Shown here piece after piece: positions 38,889-50,621 of a DNA stretch of 64,000 bases; the stretch's first letter is position 1, and each line of letters starts with the position of its first letter. Origin of the DNA: Owenia fusiformis (Eukaryota); the NCBI GenBank assembly GCA_903813345.2, contig CAIIXF020000001.1:33666001-33730000 (forward strand). Direction: 5' to 3'. The notes under the pieces are model-generated. The model searched no databases. It saw only the letters and a list, made by a program, of their open reading frames with translations, and was not told where the DNA came from. Both the position numbers and the translations under genes were made by a program.

Positions 38889-39173
38889 GAGGGAGAGAGA
38901 GAGAGAGGGAGGGAGGGAGGGAGGGAGGGAGGGAGGGAGGGAGGGAGGGAGGGAGGGAGGGAGGGAGGGAGGGAGGGAGGGAGGGAGGGAGGGAGGGAGG
39001 GAGGGAGGGAGGGAGGGAGGGAGGGAGGGAGGGAGGGAGGGAGAGAGAGGCATGAAACTGGCCTAAGCTTAAGTACGTCTCCCCTTTTTCAATTATGACT
39101 ATATTTTTCGGAGTAATGGGTTTCGGACAACTGGGTTTCGGACAGCTGGGTTTCGGACAACTGGGGTGCACCC
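37974..39173. mobile_element. Mutator-like element with 15-bp subterminal repeats
   Basis: Termini ggggtcaaccc / ggggtgcaccc; ccgaaacccagttgt repeats; perfect 9-bp TSD tctcatttt. Confidence 0.9.
38841..39050. repeat. (GA)n-(GGGA)n compound microsatellite
   Basis: Pure polypurine tract of about 210 bp. Confidence 0.98.
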
Positions 39174-40330
39174 TCTCATTTTAGGCATATCAGAAGATCC
39201 CCTTGCCTTGTCAAGCTTTTCTTTGTAGGATTTGCTATGTTATGTATGAAGAATGAATAAATGAATCAATACTTTTTTCTAAAGTATTGAAGATAATACA
39301 TGACTAACAAAAAAGTTACAATCGATGGAAAATGTTCCAATTTTTTGACTACAAGGGTTTCCTGAACTTGTCTGCCACCTACCTGAACAATCAGTCTGAG
39401 CTGTGTTTGACAGTCATTCATGGCTTAAATGACAGGTTTTGAGATATATTAATTGTCACTTATTGTGCCAGTTTTGAAAACAAGTTGATGTCATTTAAAC
39501 TATATTATTCAAGGTAGACATGTCTTGCTTCTCCTAGAGATAACTACATATAGTTTAAATTGATGGAAATCGTGTTAAGACCATTTGAAGGGTATATATT
39601 GTATGGTATGAAAGATACTGTATTTTCAACAGTGATGTCTCAAGCAGAGAAAATTTGGAAATTTTTCATGATGCACGCAGTGTGCAGATCATGACCATGA
39701 CAAGCCAAAATTAATCATACATACATACTTTAATCTTTAACATTTTCACAAATAATCATTTTACCAGTATCTGAGTTTTTGTGGATTGAACTGCAAAAAT
39801 AAAGAGAATAGAATAAATAGAAAAATGTTCCAGTTTTTATTGGCCAACCCTGTACATCTTTCCACCAAATATGAAGAAAATCTGTCAACTAGTATTCAAG
39901 TTATCATCCGGACAGACGGATGGACAGACGGACGGACTGACTTCGTTCGTTGGGATAATAAATATTGGGATTAAAATAGCAAGATAATCTTAAGAAGTAT
40001 GTTGAAAAGTATACTAATAGGATATCTCTGATCTCAGATGGGGGAGAAGTAGTCGCGATACCGCGAAAAAAGTAGTCACAATACCGCTAAATATCTGGGG
40101 TCTAAAAGTTTCCTGGTGAGAACCCTGAATTGAGTTAATTATCATTCATATGTCTGTTATTGAAGATAACACATGAGGCTAACATACATTTGTTTTTGTG
40201 GTAAATAATTCTTAGAATTTAAGTTATGGCTGTCTAAAAAAGCTTGCAATAACCTATGTGGACCTTTACAACACAAAATAGACTCACACTAGATAACTGA
40301 GTTGTTTATATATCTTTTTATGCATTGCAG

Positions 40331-40422
40331 ATCGCGACGTGGCTCAGCAGCATCAGGTGCCCATCATAGCACTAATATTCATCAAAGCCCAGGGTCACAA
40401 CAAACCCTTAATGCTAAAACAG
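40331..40422 (+). CDS. Pde4: PDE4 internal exon (linker region LR1)
   Basis: ttgcag acceptor, gtaaga donor; open frame (K)SRRGSAASGAHHSTNIHQSPGSQQTLNAKT; phase 2 in and phase 1 out exactly bridge the flanking conserved exons; low sequence conservation is expected for LR1. Confidence 0.85.
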
Positions 40423-40650
40423 GTAAGATCAAATGTTACCTTATCTCTTGCTATTTTTCTAGTTTAATTTGACAATCAGTTTGTAAATATTAAACTTCTA
40501 ATATATTTGCAGAAACAAGGATACAAGGGAATGTTATAAAAACCCTTCGACCTGCACCTTCGACCTACAGGGTGTCTAAAAAGAAAATATTATAGAAGCT
40601 ATTTTTGCCGATCTCAGACCACGCAAGAGTCATATTTTCTTTCGAAACTA

Positions 40651-41775
40651 CAGGGTGTCAAAAAACAATGGCACCCCGGGGGGTTCACTCAGTATATAAA
40701 TATTGACGGGGATCCTCGGCGCACATGGGGTACCTTTTTGGACATTTGGTATGGCAATGGACCTAAATTTTAGGATGTGGCATGAGAATGCCCCCTCATT
40801 AAACTTTTGAGGGATGGAAATGGTCAGATTTTTCAACTTTCTGGTATGAGAATGGTCATGGAAAATATGTTATCTCACAATTATGGTATGGAATTGGTCT
40901 AGTAGTTACACATATCCTAATATGAGGTTGTTTTGGTTCGTTTTCCTCTAAGATCGCCTTCTTCTTGGGACCTTCTTCAGTTTAAATAAATAGCTTTTTT
41001 CCCAGGAAATATTCTACTTTGGACCAGTCATGGCATTGGTATGGCATTGGTCCTATATTTTGACATTTGGTATGGCATTGGTTTCATATTTGGGCATTTG
41101 GGATGGCTTTTGGGCACTATATCGGTTGGTATGGGAACACATTCAAATTTGACATTTTAGTATGGGAATATATTGACCCCTGCCAAATTTTGTACACAGT
41201 GAACCCCCCAGGAATGGCACCCCCCTCTACAGCAAAACGTCCTTAATGTTCCATATCGTGTCATACCTCATTTGAAAGATAATTTAATTCTGGAGTTACT
41301 CATCAAATTTCATTTAATTAAACTTAATATTAAAAAAGCTACATTGTTTCAAAGTTTAGTACTTCGGTACCTTCTTTGCTGCCCTGTTACTGGTTAAAAG
41401 TCAAATCTTCAGAAAGTGAAATATGAGAGAATTACCTCAGATTTCAACTGCACTGAACATATGGGTTCATTTCTTAAAAACAGGGTATAGGAACTAATGG
41501 ACAAAGAGCCTCTTGAAAAAAGACACAGTATGGATGTATTTCTGAAGAATGTGAGGAAAGTGCGAAGAGGATTATGCAATGCTAGACCTTTATGTGAATT
41601 TTGGGCATACCAACTACTAAGAATCAGCTGTAAATCTGTAAGATTATATGATATAAAGCTGAAATTTCTCAGGTAACTCCAGAATTAAATTGTCTTTTAA
41701 ATTAGATATGACACACCATGTAACATTTAGTACTTTTTGCTGTAGAAGGGGGTGCCATTGTTTTTTGACACCCTG
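40651..41775. mobile_element. Tc1/mariner-type MITE
   Basis: TIR cagggtgtcaaaaaacaatggcacccc; TA TSD. Confidence 0.9.
40675..41212. mobile_element. Unclassified DNA element with 8-bp TSD
   Basis: Termini cccgggggggttcact / agtgaaccccccagg; TSD aatggcac; inserted in the Tc1-type TIR. Confidence 0.85.
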
Positions 41776-42864
41776 TATATTATATTTCCATACAAGGATT
41801 TCCATATAAGTCATATAATTGTAAACACGTATATAAGTAGGCCTATTAGGAAATACGTTAGAAACATTCACTTAAGTCCATGACGTGACTAGCAGGCCTG
41901 CAGCCAGGATTTACCACATATTGGCTATACTGTATGGGGACGTGCCGCTAAAGTGGGTCACTTTTTCACTGGAAAATCCCTAGATGTGGGTCCCATTTTG
42001 AAGAAAAAACACTAGATATGAGTCCCATTTTGATGAAAAATCCCTAGAACTGGGTCTATACTCTTTGAAAAATCCTAAAACTGTATGGGTACTGTTTTTG
42101 AAAAAATCGCCGGAAGTGGGTCTTGTTTTTTAAAAATTAATTGGGTAGGTATTTTGAGTCTCACAGGCACCCCACCCCCTGTAAAAAAATTTGACCAGTA
42201 TCTTCTTGTTCACCAAGGTGTCGCTCCAGTACAAAATCAAATTTAATTTACCATCATACTTAGTAATTGGTTAAACAGACAAATTTTAATAGATACAGAT
42301 GGAATGCCTTCTCCTTGCAGCCGTAGAAATATTATATACATGATCGATCAACATTCCCGCATCGATTGGAGACTATAAAGATAGCACCAACAGAATCCTA
42401 GTATTATCTTATAATGTAAATAAACACAGATCGATTACCATGCCATCTTTATTTTAAAATTATTTCTATCGACCTATTAGCCTGTGGTTTACACTAGACA
42501 AATATTCCTGCAATATAAGGTGCATTTGTGAAATAATTTAAGTAAAGTGATACCTACCTATCTCAAATTATATCTGTATTTCAGTTATGTAGGGCACATC
42601 CATGCGTTTAATAATTTAAACAAATCAAATTACTGGATTTAATACGCATGCGCAAAAACAGAACCAAAAAAGGACTGGCACCGATCCCCCCCCCCATTGC
42701 CCTTGTGCAATTCTTTATACTCTTCAACGGAGGAGGCCAAGAAACGATCGATGGAAATCATTTGCTTGAATTCAAGAACTGTTTTCATTTTCACATCGTT
42801 TACTAACTGCATGCATAACTGAGTATAAAACGTCAATAAGTCAAAGGTGCAGGTCGAAGGGTTT

Positions 42865-45730
42865 TTATTAGCTCACATGGTGAGCTTTTGCAATCACTCA
42901 CTTGTCCGTCTGTCCGTCCGTCCGTCTGTCCGTCAACAATAGTGACACGTTTTAAAACCTGTCGATAGGATTCCTGTTTTAAGTTATTTCTGTTCAACAT
43001 CAATACAGAAAACCCCCCTATGACTCCTGGTTCAAAAGCTCGCCTATTTTCAAAATGGCCGTCACTTTTTTCTCGCGAAATTCACTTTTAGCCCATTTCC
43101 TAGCTAACCTCTGTCGATAGGATTCCTGTTTTAAGTTATTTCTGTTCAACATCAATACAGAAAACCCCCCTATGGCTCCTGGTTCAAAAGCTCGCCTATT
43201 TTCAAAATGGCCGTCACTTTTGTCTCGCGAAATTCACTTTTGGCCCATTTCCTAGCTTTACAAATAATTTCAGGTGTCCTACATTGTAAAAATCCATGTC
43301 GATGTAAAGATTAGATATATGAAATAATTTTGTAACAAAAAATCAGCGAAAAATTGTATCCATTTTTTTATTTTCAGCCATTTTAATTAACATTGATTTG
43401 TCTATCTGACTCGCGAAATCCACTTTCTGTCAATAACAGTGGCACGTTTTAAAACTTCTGTCGATAGGATTCCTGTTTTAAGTTATTTCTGTTCAACATG
43501 AATTCAGAAAACTCCCCTATGACTCCTGGTTCAAAAGCTCGCATATTTTCAAAATGGCAGCCATTTTTGTCTCGTGAAATTCACTTTTGACCAATTTCCT
43601 AGCTTTACAAATAATTTCAAGTGTCCTACATTGTAGAAATCCATTGCAAAGTAAAGAGTAGATGTATGAAATAATTTTGTTACGAAAAATCAGCAAAAAT
43701 TATATCCATTTATTTATTTTCAGCCATTTTAGTTAACATTGATTTGTCCATCTGTCTCGCAAAATTCACTTTTGGACCATTTACCTTAAACCCTCTGTCG
43801 ATAGGATTCCCATTTTAAGTTATTTTTGTTCAACATCAATACAAAAAACTCTCCTATGACTCTTGGTTCAAAAGCTCGGCTATTTTCAAAATGGCCGTCA
43901 CTTTTGTCTCGCAAAATTCACTTTTGACCCATTTCCTAGCTTTACAAATAATTTCAGGTGTCCTACATTGTAAAAATCCATGTCAATGTAAAGGATAGAT
44001 ATATGAAATAATTTTGTTACAAAAAATCAGCGAAAAATTGTATCCATTTTTTTATTTTCAGCCATTTTAGTTAACATTGATTTGTCTATCTGACTCGCGA
44101 AATCCACTTTCTGTGGCACGTTTTAAAACCTCTGTCGATAGGATTCCTGTTTTAAGTTATTTCTGTTCAACATCAATTCAGAAAACTCCCCTATGACTCC
44201 TGGTTCAAAAGCTCGCCTATTTTCAAAATGGCCGCCATTTTTGTCTCGCGAAATTCACTTTTGACCCATTTCCTAGCTTTACAAATAATTTCAAGTGTCC
44301 TACATTATAAAAATCCATGTCAATGTAAAGAGTAGATGTATGAAATAATTTTGTTACGAAAAATCAGCGAAAAATTATATCCATTTATTTATTTTCAGCC
44401 ATTTTAGTTAACATTGATTTGTCCATCTGTCTCGCAAAATTCACTTTTGAACCATTAACCTTAAACCCTCTGTCAATAGGATTCCCATTTTAAGTTATTT
44501 TTGTTCAACATCAATACAAAAAACTCTCCTATGACTCTTGGTTCAAAAGCTCGGCTATTTTCAAAATGGCCGTCACTTTTGTCTCGCAAAATTCACTTTT
44601 GACCCATTTCCTAGCTTTACAAATAATTTCAAGTGTCCTACATTGTAAAAATCCATGTCAATGTAAAGGGTAGATATATGAAATAATTTTGTTACAAAAA
44701 ATCAGCGAAAAATTGTATCCATTTTTTTATTTTCAGCCATTTTAGTTAACATTGATTTGTCTATCTGACTCGCGAAATCCACTTTCTGTGGCACGTTTTA
44801 AAACCTCTGTCGATAGGATTCCTGTTTTAAGTTATTTCTGTTCAACATCAATTCAGAAAACTCCCCTATGACTCCTGGTTCAAAAGCTCGCCTATTTTCA
44901 AAATGGCCGCCATTTTTGTCTCGCGAAATTCACTTTTGACCCATTTCCTAGCTTTACAAATAATTTCAAGTGTCCTACATTGTAAAAATCCATGTCAATG
45001 TAAAGAGTAGATGTATGAAATAATTTTGTTACGAAAAATTATATCCATTTATTTATTTTCAGCCATTTTAGTTAACATTGATTTGTCCATCTGTCTCGCA
45101 AAATTCACTTTTGGACCATTTACCTTAAACCCTCTGTCGATAGGATTCCTGTTTTAAGTTATTTCTGTTCAACATCAATACAGAAAACTCCCCTATGACT
45201 CCTGGTTCAAAAGCTCGCCTATTTTCAAAATGGCCGCCATTTTTGTCTCGCGAAATTCACTTTTGACCTATTCCCTAGCTTTACAAATAATTTCAAGTGT
45301 CCTACATTGTAAAAATCCATGTCAATGTAAAGAGTAGATGTATGAAATAATTTTGTTACAAAAAATCGGCAAAATATTATATCTGTTTTTTTATTTTCAG
45401 CCATTTTAGTTAACATTGATTTGTCCATCTGTCTCGCGAAATCCTCTTTTGGACCATTTGCCTTTAAACCTCTGTCGATAGGATTCCAGTTTCAAGTTAT
45501 TTTTGTGCAACATCAATACAAAAAACTCCCCTATGACTCCTGGTTCTAAAGCTTGCCTATTTTCAAAATGGTTGCCATTTTTGTCTCACAAAATTCAATT
45601 TTGGCCCACTTCCTAGCTTTACAAATAATTTCAGGTGTCCTGCATTGCAAAAAGATTATTTTCTGTCATTTTAGCCATCTTTCACTTTTGAGCAACACCA
45701 TGTGAGCCCAGTACCCATGGTACTATTTTA
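42865..45730 (+). mobile_element. HINE family 1, complete, about 338-bp internal tandem repeats
   Basis: 5' gctcacatggtgagc plus (gtcc)n; about 8 repeats; 3' caccatgtgagc subTIR plus agtacccatggtact hairpin; inserted in a T-run, no TSD. Confidence 0.9.
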
Positions 45731-45904
45731 TTATAACATTCCGGATACAAGTACAAAATGAACTCAAATTTATTTGTATACGGATATGCAATGTCACTTG
45801 TGACACTAACAAATACTTGTAAGGACTTTCAAATGTTTTTCAGTATAAAACACTTACATATACGTTATAAAGAAAGAAATTAAATTAACAAACAGTTAAT
45901 CAAC

Positions 45905-45960
45905 TTGTAAGCCAGGGTTCGTGGGTTCGATCCCCACTGGGGTAGACTGACTTTTTCACA
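45905..45960 (+). mobile_element. tRNA-derived SINE-like fragment
   Basis: gtgggttcgatccccac T-arm/B box; 5' half missing. Confidence 0.4.
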
Positions 45961-46446
45961 TTAGCCCTTAGCACAGGATTTCATTCTGTGTTTTCATTAA
46001 CTAATTTACAAGCAAAAAATGCAAAAAATACTCAAGTTACAGGACAAACATAAATCTACATTTAACAAATACAAAAGATCAATTTACAAATACATATTGT
46101 AAAATATGAATAATGAAGACGGACTTCATTTTTTTTTTAAATCATCTACAAGTTTTCAGAAGTTCAAATCTGACTTAAGCTTTGACCTTCAATGACCTTT
46201 TCAAGGTAAAAAAAAAGCTTGGTGATCGGTGGGTGAGGTCTGTAAAAAATTCTTACAACTTCTAATAACTTAACAAAATACTGTTTAAACTGACTTCAAT
46301 TTTTTTCAAAATCATCTATAAGTTTTCAGAAGTTCAAATCTGACTTAAAATTTAAGATTTGACCTTCAATGACCTTTTCAAGGTCAAATAAGGTTTAAAA
46401 GGTCAAAAAGGTATTTTTCTTCATGTTGCTTCAAATTGATTAAATG

Positions 46447-46785
46447 TTTTTTTAGCTCACATGGTGAGCTTTTGCAATCACTCACTTGTCCATCTGTCTG
46501 TCCGTCTGTCCGTGCGTGCATGCGTCCATCCATCAACAATAGTAGCACGTTTTAAAACCTCTGTCGTTAGGATTCCTGTTTTAAGTTATTTCTGTTCAAC
46601 ATCAATACAGGAAACTCCCCTATGACTCCTGGTTCAACAGCTCCCCTATTTTCAAAATGGCCACCATTTTTGTATTGCGAAATTCACTTTTGACCCATTT
46701 CCTAGCTTTACAAGTAATTTCAGGTGTCCTACATTGTAAAAATCCATGTCAATGTAAAGAGTAGATATATGAAATAATTTTGTTT
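46447..46785 (+). mobile_element. HINE family 1, 5' portion
   Basis: tagctcacatggtgagc, microsatellite and one partial repeat. Confidence 0.85.
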
Positions 46786-47027
46786 TTTTAATCATGGGGA
46801 CTTCACTTGAAAGAAAACATATTGTTTTAATAAAATCCACTGTATTTATACCTAGAAAATACTCATGGTGAAAGATATGACCGTCTAAAATCACTTGCCA
46901 TACTGCACATGGACTTTTGTCTTACATATAAGTGTCCAACTATGATCCAAGTGCAACACAAATTGAAACATAATGACTTGCTTCAATTATTAACTCTGTG
47001 TAGATCTTGGAGAGGTAGTTGTTTTAA

Positions 47028-47495
47028 CCCTTAAATGGTTTTTGGAGTCCGTTTGGACCCAAGAGCTTATTCTTTGCAATAATTATATCAGAAATAATCA
47101 TTCTATCAACATGAAATTCCATCTAATCCTCAATTAATCCAATTCCTTTCAGATAAAACAAACCAGATATAAATCGCATTATGACTTTTTGTGCTACCTG
47201 AGGCCAAAGAACATCACATTATCAATTAATACAGTGTTATATATAAATGCTACGAAATGTTACAAAGTGCTAAAACACCTGACCCCTTATGATTAGGTTT
47301 ACACATATTTCCATGCATTCATGATAAGTAATGCATACATATTCTGAAAGGTAATACTGTAGATTAACCTATGTAAAACTGAAGTCAGAATGAAAAAAGC
47401 TTCTCTGGTAGCAAAGTACATTTGTAATTGCAAAATATATCATTTGGACCCCAAAAACCTTTAGAGGGTGTAAAAAACAAAAAACCATTTAAGGG
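47028..47495. mobile_element. piggyBac-like MITE
   Basis: TIR cccttaaatggttttt; TTAA on both sides. Confidence 0.88.
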
Positions 47496-47843
47496 TTAAA
47501 TTGTATTTGGTATGTTTCCATTTTCCATTAAGGAAACTATTTTGTGTTTAAATAAATTATGTATTTGTTTATCTGTGAGTACAACTCCAGTGCTCCACCT
47601 ATTTACTGATGTGCATAAAGTACCAAGACTCCAGTTGTCTCAACCTTCATAACTGAAGTTGTATTAAGTGATATTTCTTTACTTTTTCAGGGTCTAATAA
47701 GGAATGTACTGTACATACATACATTTATATACATTTCCACCACGTTTGAGATAAAGCATCACTGTGAACTTTATTGATCACCCTGTGTATGAAAATACAT
47801 GTATGCTGTATAAAATTGAATGCTCAATGTTTGTTTCTTATAG

Positions 47844-47956
47844 ATGAGCAATATAATAAACTGGCAGTAGAAACATTAGAAGAACTGGACTGGTGTCTGG
47901 ATCAGTTGGAAACAATACAAACACATCGCTCTGTCAGTGACATGGCAACCAGCAAG
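47844..47956 (+). CDS. Pde4: PDE4 internal exon (N-terminal half of UCR2)
   Basis: [38 protein letters not shown] is the PDE4 UCR2 signature; ttatag acceptor, gtagaa donor; phase 1/0. Confidence 0.97.
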
Positions 47957-48815
47957 GTAGAACTATTTTTTTAAATGTTAGTTAGAATATGTATATTTTT
48001 ATTTTTGCAACAGTGATTCTTGCTTTTGTTGCAGAGTATTTCCTTGAAATTTGTTTTTCTTATATACTGTATTCTCTTTAATAGATGGACATACTCCAAT
48101 AAACACACATAGAGCTACATGTAGCAAACATTTTCAAAAGGCCTTAGTTAAGCTTCATGTCTTGTTTAAGAACCCCTGTTTTTACTATTGAAAATGGATC
48201 CTACCAATACCCTCCCACATGAATCACATGGGGGGGGGGGGTTTGATGGGTGCGATCACGGACCTCTGCCAGATAAGCTCCTCTGGTTCTAGGCTCAATA
48301 AATATACTCAAGGACAAGACACGCGATCTTCGGAAAATTTATTTTTCCTTGATTTTGGAGTCAGTTTATCAATAAATATCACATGTCATACCTCAAACGA
48401 TGCGTACTGTTGTTAGCTTCAACTCCAATCACTAAAGCCACACATTCAAGAAAGCGTCTGTTTATATAAGCATAAAATAAGCGAGCGTATATTTAATGGA
48501 GCACTTCGACTATCTCCGTTGTTCAAATGATTATTCCCGAAGTCAAATGTTTTTTCTGAGAATGTGACGCCACTCCGGATGACGTCATATCAGAGATTAC
48601 GGATGGCCAGGGGATACAGTATTATTTTAAACAAGACATCTCTGTCGGTGAGGGGGGGCTTACTTATTCCAGGGGTGGGGTCACATTTGATATTTGCTCA
48701 AAATTACACGAAAACTGCTCAAAATGGTGAAAGAATTATTGGCCAGGGGATACAGTATTATTTTAAACAAGACATCCCTGTCAGTGAGGGGGGGCTAACT
48801 TATTCCAGGGGTGGG

Positions 48816-48979
48816 TTTTTTTTGTTGTTTTTTATTAAGAAATATTTATTGCTTCATAAAAATATCATAATATAAATCCCTTCAGTCGCCCGAAGGCATT
48901 ATAGAAGGGTACATTGATAGCACAAAATACAAAATTATGATTAGGTTGAGGGGTTCACTCTGCACTTGTGGTTGGCCAT
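48816..48979 (-). mobile_element. Short retroposed 3' fragment
   Basis: Minus-strand AATAAA plus A-rich tail; 8-bp TSD ggggtggg; interrupts one unit of an about 140-bp tandem repeat (48604-49112). Confidence 0.75.
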
Positions 48980-49519
48980 GGGGTGGGGTCACATTTGATA
49001 TTTGTTCAAAATCACACAAAAACTGCTCAAAATGGTGAAAGAATAATTGGCTGGGGGTGCAGTATTATTTTAAACAATACATTACTGTCAGCGAAGGGGA
49101 GGGGGGGCTAACATATAGTTGAAAAAATTACAAATAGCTACCTTAATTTTTGATAATCTATAAACATAATCATGTCATAAGCAACTACTGATTTAATATC
49201 TTGTACATGTGGACGGATATTTGTAAATTTGGTTTAATAAGAAACTGAATATAGGGTTGGAAAAATGAGGGGGACACAGACGTCGGAAAGGTGGGCGTAA
49301 AATTGAATCAAAACTCTTTACCGTAAATGTTGCCCCTCATACTAGCATGTACGCTTGAACTACCAGATTCAGTAGCACCCTGCCCTGATTGCAGTCTATA
49401 TGGTCTTTATGCTATTTTTAATTCCTCGTTATTTTAGTCGCGTACCTCTGAATTCCGGCTCTGATTATCATATACAATTTACTTTAACCAATTTTACCCG
49501 GTTTTCGAACTTCAAACTG

Positions 49520-50008
49520 CAGGCCTGTCAACTGTCCCACAATTTGCGTATTTGTCACGCATTTGCTGAAGAATTTGAAGTCACGCCAGTTATTTTTGCG
49601 TGACAGAAAATGTCACGCAAATACGCATTTTACCTGGTAATTGTCAAGCAAAAATATTTCTGTAGAAAAATTTCTAAAAAAGATCGTCTACACAGCAAAA
49701 ATACGAACGCCGGAAAAAAGTGTACGCATTTCGTTCGGACTTTTCACGCGAATTACGTATATGTCACGCATTCCGTTTGAAATCTTTCGTACCTCCCCCC
49801 CCCGTTGATGGATGTTTTAAATGCGAGGTTAGCGAGCGCGAAAAATTTGAGGTGTTCAAAATTTGGCAAGGTGTAATAAAATTTAAACCAAGGTGTTCAA
49901 AATTTGGATCAAGGTGTTCAGATTTGGACCAAGGTGTCCACATTTTGAGGGGAGGTGTTCAACATTTCCAAGTCACTCATGTTAGGTGTTCCCAAGTTGA
50001 CAGGCCTG
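49520..50008. mobile_element. MITE family A, longest copy
   Basis: Both TIRs present; flanks aaactg / acatta do not match. Confidence 0.88.
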
Positions 50009-50621
50009 ACATTACTACCAGAGAGATGAACATTCATAGAATTATAGAAGCTATTTTTGCCGTGCCGCTAAAGTGGGTCACTTTTTCACCAGAAATCCCT
50101 AGATGTGGGTCCCATTTTGAAGAAAAAACACTAGATATGAGTCCCATTTTGATGAAAAATCCCTAGAACTGGGTCTACTCTTTGAAAAATCCTAAAACTG
50201 TATGGGTACTGTTTTTGAAAAAATTAATTGGGTAGGTATTTTGAGTCTCACCGGCACCCCTCCCCCCTTTTAAAAAAATTTGACCAGTACCCCCCCCCCC
50301 CCGGCCAAGGGGGAGCTTTTTGACAGTGTTGGCTAAAAATCATTCCAATTTGCTCAAAATAGTGAAAAACTCCATGTGTTTGAGAATTTCTGGCCGTAGA
50401 CTATCTTCTTGTTCACCAAGGTGTCGCTCCAGTAAAAAGAAAAAATCTTCAAAAATCATAGAGCTCGAAACAAATTTAATTTACCGTCATATTTACTGGG
50501 CTTTCAATAGCAGGCGGCGAGGGTCAGAAATCGCCGTTTGTTTTTGATAATTTGCCGCTTGTCAGAAGCCAACTATTGTTATTGTTTTGGGGGAAATTAA
50601 AAGTCTTCTATAGACTATCCT

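Larger units (their letters stand above)
35694..39634. mobile_element. Long-TIR element (about 270-bp arms) hosting three nested insertions
   Basis: 39365-39634 is the reverse complement of 35694-35772 + 36555-36667 + 37025-37090; true left terminus obscured. Confidence 0.75.
40528..45742. mobile_element. Mutator-like element (family of 10819-13748) with nested insertions
   Basis: TIR ggaatgttataaaaacccttcgacc; right TIR split by a HINE; perfect 9-bp TSD ggatacaag. Confidence 0.9.

Noticed and set aside
38710..39171. SLPP/REGG-repeat ORFs
   Set aside because: Translation of a microsatellite
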